DNA of 64,000 nucleotides from NCBI RefSeq assembly GCF_055900595.2, contig NZ_CM148325.1; one strand, 5' to 3'. Shown piece by piece: positions 55,778 to 64,000 of this stretch (position 1 is its first letter; each line of letters starts with the position of its first letter). The notes under the pieces were generated by a model. It saw only the letters and a program-made list of their open reading frames with translations, ran no database searches and was not told where the DNA came from. The position numbers and the translations under genes were made by a program.

Positions 55778-58047
55778 GTAGAGTAAGAGGCAGGGCGTAG
55801 TCGGACTATTTCCCTGCCTCTCCTCCCCGAACCGGACATGCACCTTTCAGCGCATCCGGCTCTCCATTTAAACGCTGGCGAACGCCATTGCCACTTCTGT
55901 AAAGCGCGATGTATACGTCTTTCTGGTTTCCGTCCTCAGATAGGGATTACCTTCGGGTAGCCGCCAGCGGAACAGCTTCTTGCCTTGCCCCACCAACCGG
56001 TACAGTATTTCGCCGCTGAGCTTGCCGTGATTGGTTTTACCAAATAAAACCCACGTTTTGCTCTGACCCGGTTTCGGTGATTTACACCACCACCTCATCA
56101 GGGAAGCGATACTTGTACGGTATTTGCGGGCCAGCCAGTGAGCCAGCTTCTAGAACACGACACGGTCGATATAACTGAAGACTTTGGCCTTAAAATCAAC
56201 GAACTGATAGAACATGGCCCAGCCTTTCAGTTTTCGGTTGAGTTGTTTAGCCATATCGACTTTGCTTTCACTGTAGTTGCCTGATAACAGTGCTGTCAGC
56301 GATGCGGCGAAGTTTCTGGCTTTCTCCAGCGGGATCGTTGAGACCACTTGCATCTCGCCATAACGACTGCGTTTGCGAATGATCCTGTGCCCCAGAAAGA
56401 TAAAGCCGTCATTAACATGGGTGATTTTAGTCTTATCCATGTTCAGCCTGAGTTTCAGACTGCCTTCGAGCACACCCCGACACTCCTCCCTGATGGCTTC
56501 CGCCTGTGCTTTGGTGCCTTTGACGATGAGGACAAAATCATCGGCATAGCGGCAGTACGCCACCGCGGGTTTCCACTGCCAGTTTTCTCTGACCGCCGTA
56601 CTTCGGCCCCGTTGGATACTGTTATTCCAGTACCACCGATCTTTTCTTGCTTTCCCGCTCAGGTAGCGCTCATGCAGGTATTGATCGAACTCATTCAGCA
56701 TGATGTTCGACAATAGCGGCGATATAACACCGCCCTGTGGCACACCTTCACTGGCCGCCCGAAAGAGACCGACATCGATATGTCCCGCCTTGATGGTTTT
56801 CCACAGCAGAGTCATGAAACGTGCGTCACTGATCCTGCGGCGTACAGCCTTCATCAGCAGTCGATGATGTACGGTGTCGAAGTAACTGGACAGGTCGCCT
56901 TCAATCACCCAGCGTCCCCGGGTTTCACCGCAGTCGGTGAGCTGTAATTTCACCGTGCGGATCGAGTGGTGGACACTGCGCTCAGGCCGGAAGCCATATG
57001 AGAGCGTATGAAAATCACTCTCCCATATCGGCTCCATCGCCATCAGCATGGCCCGCTGAACAATACGATCCCGCAACGCGGGGATACCCAGTGGTCGCAG
57101 TTTGCCATTGCTTTTAGGGATGTAAACCCGCCTGGCGGGCAAGGGCTGGTAGTGGCCTGAGAGTAATTCATCCCTGAGGATTTGCAGCTCAACAGCCAGT
57201 CTGGCCTGTAGCATTGTTTTGTTCACGCCATCAACACCGGGGGTATTCGCCCCCTTTGATGAAAGCGTGATCCGCGCCGCTTCAGCCAGCCATTCTGGTT
57301 GTGTTATCAGACGCAGCAGCCGTTGAATCCGTAGGGACGGATCGGTGGCTGCCCATGTGGCAAGCTTGCGTTGCATTTCGCTGATTATCAAAGGTCTTCA
57401 CCTCGTTAGGTCAGTTAATTTACGTCGCAGACACATTCAAACTGCTTCCCTTCGCCATGTAATGGGCTTTCCCCATCGCGGACTACTACGGAAGCTCCGC
57501 CAGCCAGCGCGTCATCGGAGCCATGCCCCCTTAACATCCGTCGCTGACCTTCCCCGGTTTGCCTGACTGGACTCAGACATACTGAGGAGGCTGCCCGTCG
57601 CACTCTTTATCCTTGCTTGCCGCAAGTTGGCAGAAGTCAGCAACGCGAGCGTGATAGACGCTGCTGCCCCGGAGTTTCGCATACATGTCAAAACACCTTC
57701 GACCGGCAGTGCTTACGTATCACTGCCAGTTCCTCCTGCACGGCCTGTCAGATCACGTAGGCCGTGGTGACGTTTTCAACCCACAGAGGCGGATTAACGG
57801 GTTCATATTCTTAAGCCTTTCAGTACTTAACCTTGAGGATCATCTCGGCTTAGTGATCTCGCCTCAATCCCCGTTGTCAGCGGGTTACATCACCCTGCGG
57901 GCATGCCGCAGGTCACTGCCGCTCAGGTTCTCCACCGTCACACCCGGTGGGATTGTTGGGTTTCTCATCGTGAGTTACCGGTTCAATATTCCAGACAGAC
58001 TCGTGGTTCATTTGAGCGTCTATGCTCGCCCTGAACTCCGGGCACAC
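55778..58047 (-). mobile_element. Group II intron (about 2.27 kb) inserted in IS3 orfB
   Basis: 5' end GUGUGCCCGG after exon ...GACATCACGTACT; 3' end ...CTCTAC before exon TGCGTACCGATGAG; joining the exons restores IS3 ...GDITYLRTDEGW...; domain V GAGCCGGAUGCGCUGAAAGGUGCAUGUCCGGUUC near 55820-55860. Confidence 0.85.
56150..57391 (-). CDS. Group II intron-encoded reverse transcriptase/maturase; C-terminal part continues in another frame at 55868-56098
   Basis: 413 aa with RT motifs (GVISPLLSNIMLNEFD, YCRYADDFVLIV); the downstream 76-aa ORF in a different frame suggests a frameshift. Confidence 0.85.
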   Translation of the reverse strand: MIISEMQRKLATWAATDPSLRIQRLLRLITQPEWLAEAARITLSSKGANTPGVDGVNKTMLQARLAVELQILRDELLSGHYQPLPARRVYIPKSNGKLRPLGIPALRDRIVQRAMLMAMEPIWESDFHTLSYGFRPERSVHHSIRTVKLQLTDCGETRGRWVIEGDLSSYFDTVHHRLLMKAVRRRISDARFMTLLWKTIKAGHIDVGLFRAASEGVPQGGVISPLLSNIMLNEFDQYLHERYLSGKARKDRWYWNNSIQRGRSTAVRENWQWKPAVAYCRYADDFVLIVKGTKAQAEAIREECRGVLEGSLKLRLNMDKTKITHVNDGFIFLGHRIIRKRSRYGEMQVVSTIPLEKARNFAASLTALLSGNYSESKVDMAKQLNRKLKGWAMFYQFVDFKAKVFSYIDRVVF

Positions 58048-58446
58048 AGTACGTGATGTCACCCACCCACTTCTGGTTCGGGCCGCTGGCGCTGAAGTCC
58101 TGCTCCAGCAGATTCTCCAATACGGGCAGGCCATGTGCACGGTAGCTGGCCGGGCTGAACTTCCGGCTGGCTTTCGCCCGCAGCCCCTGACGACGCAGGC
58201 TGGCGGCAATGGTTTTAATATTGAACTCCGGCAGTTCGTCAGCAAGGCGGGGAGCACCGTATCGCTGCTTTGCCTCAAAGAATGCCTTATGGACAGCGGC
58301 ATCGCAGGTGAGCCGAAACTGTTGGCGCAGGCTCATCTGGTGACGACGCCTGAGCCAGACATACCAGCCGCTGCGGGCAACCCGAAGTACACGACACATC
58401 GCTTTGATGCTGAACTCTGCCCGATGATTTTCGATGAAGACATACT

Positions 58447-58746
58447 TCATTTCAGGCGCTTCGCGAAGTATGTCGCGGCCTTTTGGAGGATGGCCAGTTC
58501 CTCAGCCTGCTCCGCCAGTTGTCGTTTAAGGCGGACATTTTCAGCGGCCAGTTCGCTTTCGCGCTCTGACGAACTCATTTGTTGCTGCTGTTTACTGCGC
58601 CAGGCATAAAGCTGAGATTCATACAGGCTGAGTTCACGGGCTGTGGCGGCCACACCGATGCGTTCAGCGAGTTTCAGGGCTTCGTTACGAAATTCAGGCG
58701 TATGTTGTTTACGGGGCTTCTTGCTGATTGATACTGGTTTTGTCAT
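58447..58746 (-). CDS. IS3 transposase OrfA (InsE-like)
   Basis: 99 aa; matches IS3 OrfA from memory. Confidence 0.9.
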   Translation of the reverse strand: MTKPVSISKKPRKQHTPEFRNEALKLAERIGVAATARELSLYESQLYAWRSKQQQQMSSSERESELAAENVRLKRQLAEQAEELAILQKAATYFAKRLK

Positions 58747-59030
58747 GAGTCACCCTGGTTAAGAGTTTACTCACTTAGTCCTGTGTCCACTATTGGTGGG
58801 TAAGATCAGTATGCGCTTACAGTCAAAGGTGTTCTGACATGTATGCAAAACACTGGGACATTAACGCTTATCACACTCGCGTTGCCGACCTCTGCCAATT
58901 TGCGGCAATCAAGACAAAGAGTGCGACGGGCAGTCTCCTCCCTCAGACAGGTGTGTACGATGCGGAGACATAGTAAACACTTGTTCGGAGACATGGTTGA
59001 TACTTACAACTAAGGCATCAGAACCCGTTT

Positions 59031-59971
59031 ATGGAGCCGCTTATGCCCAGGGAAGCGAGAGATACCATGTCACTACGTTCTGAGTTTGTTCTGCCCGCCT
59101 TCAGCACGGTGCATAACCTGATGGCCCGCAATGGCCTTCTGCCCGGTCTGGTTGCGGCAGCCCCGGCGACGGGCCGCTTCGAACACGCCGAACCAGCTCT
59201 GGCAGATGGATTTTAAGGGGCACTTTCCCTTTGGCGGTGGACGCTGCCATCCGTTAACGCTGCTGGATGATCATTCCCGTTTTTCCCTGTGTCTGGCTCA
59301 CTGCGCCAATGAACAACGGACGACCGTGCAGCAACAGCTGGTCAGCGTATTTGAACACTACGGACTGCCGGACAGGATGCACCTGGACGGCACTGGAGTT
59401 ATGGCTGATGCGTCAGGGTATCAAGGTGGGGCACTCCAGCCCGTACCATCCACAGACGCAGGGCAAGCTGGAACGTTTTCACCGCAGTCTGAAGGCGGAA
59501 GTTTTGCAGGGTAAGTGGTTTACAGATGCGGGTGAGTTGCAGCGCGCCTTCGATCACTGGCGTACAGTCTATAATCTTGAACGCCCGCATGAAGCTCTGG
59601 ATATGGCTGTTCCTGCCTCACGGTATCAGCCGTCAGCGCGACAGTTCAGGAGCAATGTAGAGCCGCCGGAGTATGACGAGGGTGTGGTAGTCAGGAAGGT
59701 GGATATCAGGGGTAAACTGAGTCTGAGAGGTGTCAGTCTGAGTGCGGGCAAGGCATTCAGAAATGAACGCCTGGGGCTGAAGGAGACGCAGGAAGACGGT
59801 CAGTATGAAGTCTGGTGGTACAGTACAAAAGTGGGGGTGATCGACCTGAAAAATAAGTCGATCACCATGGCAAAGAATGTTAAAAAGTGTTCACCATGTC
59901 CCCGAACACCTGTCTACCATGTCTCCGGATCGTACACAGGTGAACCCGGGAGGGTCAGCGATGGATATTAA
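59031..59971 (+). pseudogene. IS481-family transposase (integrase core) in broken frames
   Basis: Motifs WQMDFKGHF...LLDDHSR...PYHPQTQGKLERFHRSLK across two frames. Confidence 0.65.
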
Positions 59972-60502
59972 GGAAACATGGCGCTGATGACGCGCTAGCG
60001 AAATGCAACGCAATCTTGCCACATAGGCAGCTACCGGCACCTCCAGACGGATAGAACGGCTACTGCGTCTGATAACACAACCAGAATGGCGGCAGCCCTG
60101 CAGACAGAAAATGTGGTAAAAGCGTTCAGACAGACTCTGAGGCTGGGAAAAATGACGAGTCCCCTGATACATCATTCTGTACTGTTCAGCTTTCTATCAA
60201 TCATTTCATGAAAAAAACGGGATGACTTGTTCAATCATGCTAAATGTTTGTAAAAACACAGCAATAAATTATATTAAATTCAGCCTTAATCAATAGATTA
60301 AATAACCGTAATAAATAAGAGTATTAGTGGTTTTTTCTATGGTTTTAATTGGTGGTATCTATTGGGGCAGCGTTGACACAGGTTTGATTTTTAAGAAAAA
60401 TACAAACTAATTTTAAGTCAAAAGAGTTTCATTGTCGTTCAAAGCGTTTATTTATTATAAATCAAAATATTAATTAGTTCTTTAATTTTTGTTATATACA
60501 AC

Positions 60503-61729
60503 ATGTCAGGAACTATACGAAAGATAATAAAAGAGGATGATGTATTTCATTCTTCTATTCGCCGTATTGAATGGTTGTTTGAAACATTCTCTTCTGTCTG
60601 TTTGTCTTTTTCCGGAGGAAAAGACTCCACTGTGCTGCTCCATCTTGCGGCTGATGTGGCTCGCAGGAAGAAACGTCGTTTCTCTGTATTATTCATTGAC
60701 TGGGAAGCTCAGTATCAGTGCACCATTGAACATGTTCAGAAGATGCGGGAAATGTACCGGGATGTGACGGATACCTTTTACTGGGTGGCACTCCCCCTGA
60801 CTACGGTAAATGGTGTCTCTCAGTTTCAGCCGGAATGGATATGCTGGGAACCAGGTGTGGAGTGGGTTCGTCAGCCACCAGATGACGCTATTACAGATAT
60901 GTCGTATTTCCCATTTTATCGGTATGCCATGACGTTTGAAGAATTTGTTCCGGCATTTTCTTCCTGGTTTGCCGGTAACCGGTGTGGAGTGGCAATACTG
61001 ACTGGTGTTCGTGCTGATGAATCGCTCAATCGCTTTATGGGACTGGTGTCTCAGCGCAAACTGAGATATGCAGATGATAAACCCTGGACCACAGCGTCAC
61101 CTGAAGGGTTTTATTACACCTTGTATCCGTTGTATGACTGGAAAGCCCGTGATATATGGATATATAACGCCAGAACCCGGGCTATCTACAATCCCCTGTA
61201 TGACCTGATGTACCGTGCCGGCGTGCCGTTACGCAACATGCGGGTCTGTGAGCCTTTTGGCCCGGAACAGCGTAAGGGACTGTGGCTTTACCATGTTCTG
61301 GAGCCGGAAACCTGGGCCAGGATGTGTGAGCGGGTGTCGGGTGCTGCCAGCGGGGCGCTTTATGCCAATGAGAGCGGTGCCTATTTTGCCCTGCGTAAGC
61401 GTATCACGAAGCCACCTCATCATACCTGGCGTAGCTATGCGATGTTCCTGCTGGATGTGATGCCGGAAAGAACGGCAGAACATTACCGTAATAAAATTGC
61501 TGTCTACCTGCGCTGGTATCAGACGCGGGGCTTCCCGGATGACATCCCGGATGAACAGGAGAATGACCTGGGGAGCCGGGATATCCCGTCCTGGCGACGT
61601 ATCTGTAAGACACTCATAAAGAATGATTTCTGGTGTCGGACCCTCTCCTTCAGTCCGAACAAACCCCGGCACTATGAACGTTATCTGCAGCGTATGAAAG
61701 AAAGGAGGAAGGAATGGGGGATTCTGTGA
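60503..61729 (+). CDS. PP-loop ATP pyrophosphatase, PAPS-reductase-like (IbrA-like, DndC-like)
   Basis: 408 aa with PP-loop SFSGGKDSTV; preceded by a strongly AT-rich upstream region; operonic with the next gene. Confidence 0.8.
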   Translation: MSGTIRKIIKEDDVFHSSIRRIEWLFETFSSVCLSFSGGKDSTVLLHLAADVARRKKRRFSVLFIDWEAQYQCTIEHVQKMREMYRDVTDTFYWVALPLTTVNGVSQFQPEWICWEPGVEWVRQPPDDAITDMSYFPFYRYAMTFEEFVPAFSSWFAGNRCGVAILTGVRADESLNRFMGLVSQRKLRYADDKPWTTASPEGFYYTLYPLYDWKARDIWIYNARTRAIYNPLYDLMYRAGVPLRNMRVCEPFGPEQRKGLWLYHVLEPETWARMCERVSGAASGALYANESGAYFALRKRITKPPHHTWRSYAMFLLDVMPERTAEHYRNKIAVYLRWYQTRGFPDDIPDEQENDLGSRDIPSWRRICKTLIKNDFWCRTLSFSPNKPRHYERYLQRMKERRKEWGIL

Positions 61730-62358
61730 CACCTGAGGTGGAAGTATTGAGCAACATGATTCGACAGTACTTCAGTCAGGAACGATCTGAAGAAGAGACC
61801 ATACGAGCCCTTAATCATCTGCGCAGGGTGTTGCATGAGGTCAGCCCTTTTGCACAGGAGCCTGTGGATTGTGTGTTGTGGGTGAAAGCGGATGAGGTGG
61901 TGGCCAACGATTACAATCCCAATGTCATGTCTTCCAGTGAAAAAAAACTGCTTAAACATTCACTGGAGCAGGATGGATTCACGCAGCCTGTGGTGGTTTC
62001 GGAAGAGAAGGAGCATTATCTGGTCGTGGATGGTTTTCATCGTCAGTTGCTGGGCAGGAAAGCGGATACGAGAAAACGTCTGAAGGGCTGGCTGCCAGTG
62101 GCCTGTATTAATCCAGAGAGAAAGGGACAGGCATCACGTATTGCCGCAACCATACGGCATAACCGTGCCAGGGGAAAACACCAGGTAACGTCAATGTCTG
62201 ACATTGTCAGGGACCTCTCACGTCTGGGCTGGACAGATGAGCGTATTGGCACAGAGTTGGGCATGGACCAGGATGAAGTGCTGAGGCTGAAACAGATTAG
62301 CGGGCTGACAGAGCTGTTTCAGGAAGAGGATTTCAGCCCTGCATGGACGGTTCGTTAA
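61714..62358 (+). CDS. ParB/sulfiredoxin-fold protein (IbrB-like, DndB-like)
   Basis: 214 aa with ParB-type motif VVDGFHRQ; AGGAGG RBS at 61703-61708; overlaps the upstream stop by 16 bp. Confidence 0.8.
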   Translation: MGDSVTPEVEVLSNMIRQYFSQERSEEETIRALNHLRRVLHEVSPFAQEPVDCVLWVKADEVVANDYNPNVMSSSEKKLLKHSLEQDGFTQPVVVSEEKEHYLVVDGFHRQLLGRKADTRKRLKGWLPVACINPERKGQASRIAATIRHNRARGKHQVTSMSDIVRDLSRLGWTDERIGTELGMDQDEVLRLKQISGLTELFQEEDFSPAWTVR

Positions 62359-62390
62359 GGGCTATGTTCTGACGAGAGTGTAATTTAAAT

Positions 62391-62600
62391 TTTGTAATTG
62401 CCTGTTTTTGATATGTTCCCTACACCGTGGAGACAGGCAATTGATAAACAAGAATCCAATGCTATTGCTGCCGAACTGGTAAATTGCCTTAAAACCGAAT
62501 CTGATCTTAACCTGTTTTTATACATGCTTACGAAGTGTACTGTTAAAGATGAGCTTAGCGCTGAACTCACAGAGCATCTTGGACATGAGAACACCTGAGA
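62391..62600 (+). mobile_element. IS256-family end and N-terminal transposase fragment
   Basis: End motif TGTAATTGCCTGTTTTTGATATGTTC at 62391; translation ...AELTEHLGHEN matches the IS256-family N-terminus. Confidence 0.55.
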
Positions 62601-62851
62601 ATAAAGGCAGCAATGCAAGTAAAGACTACTCGATTAAAACGCTGCTCATAAATGATGCCCTAACAATTTGTGAAATAGTATTTCGTCCGGGTGTTCGCTT
62701 TGTTTATGTCGTTACGGGGAAGTCATCTTCACAGGGATTTTTAGTCAGTTAGCATTACCGATATCCATTCACTAACTTACCGGAGATAATTGATGTCAAA
62801 ACCCCAATGGACCATTGAACAGTAAGCGGTTCGCCAGAACCGTATTGATAT

Positions 62852-64000
<1,149 letters not shown>

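Larger units (their letters stand above)
55296..58808 (-). mobile_element. IS3 element carrying a group II intron inside orfB
   Basis: IS3 ends TGATCTTACCCACCAATAGTGGACAC (rc at 58808) and TGATCCTACCCACGTAATGTGGACAC (55296); orfA at 58447-58746; orfB split as 58049-58450 and 55326-55777. Confidence 0.85.

Overview
The window is an Escherichia/Shigella-type chromosome segment in which about 7.7 kb of conserved core (gdhA, ynjH, nudG, ynjFEDCB) runs directly into at least 56 kb of horizontally acquired, IS-riddled accessory DNA; ynjA, which follows ynjB in E. coli K-12, is absent. All protein identifications are from reading the supplied ORF translations against remembered families; no database search was run. 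The accessory part contains: (1) a CP4-44/CP4-57-like island module on the minus strand with a CbtA/CbeA toxin-antitoxin pair, a radC-like gene split by an IS911-like element, and an unrecognised 214-aa gene sitting between the yeeT-like gene and cbeA; (2) an AT-rich slot with two convergent, unrecognised genes, one ending in a ribbon-helix-helix-like domain; (3) two IS10 copies in inverted orientation, each with its own 9-bp target duplication, one of which splits iucB; (4) three YfjJ/inovirus-Gp2-like genes plus an AlpA-like regulator, and a YadA-type trimeric autotransporter with three 99-bp tandem repeats; (5) an iron-uptake cluster, shiF-iucA-(iucB::IS10)-iucC-iucD-iutA and sitABCD, followed by a second periplasmic sodC; (6) a junkyard of IS1, IS3, IS110, IS200, IS256, ISL3, IS481 and IS66 family remnants, including an IS3 copy carrying a group II intron with readable GUGUG...AC boundaries and domain V; (7) an IbrA/IbrB-like pair (PP-loop PAPS-reductase-like protein plus ParB-like protein) resembling DndC/DndB. 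The best candidates for an undescribed system are the convergent pair at 16235-17970, the 214-aa gene at 10111-10755 and the IbrAB-like pair at 60503-62358. No CRISPR array, rRNA or tRNA was recognised by eye.
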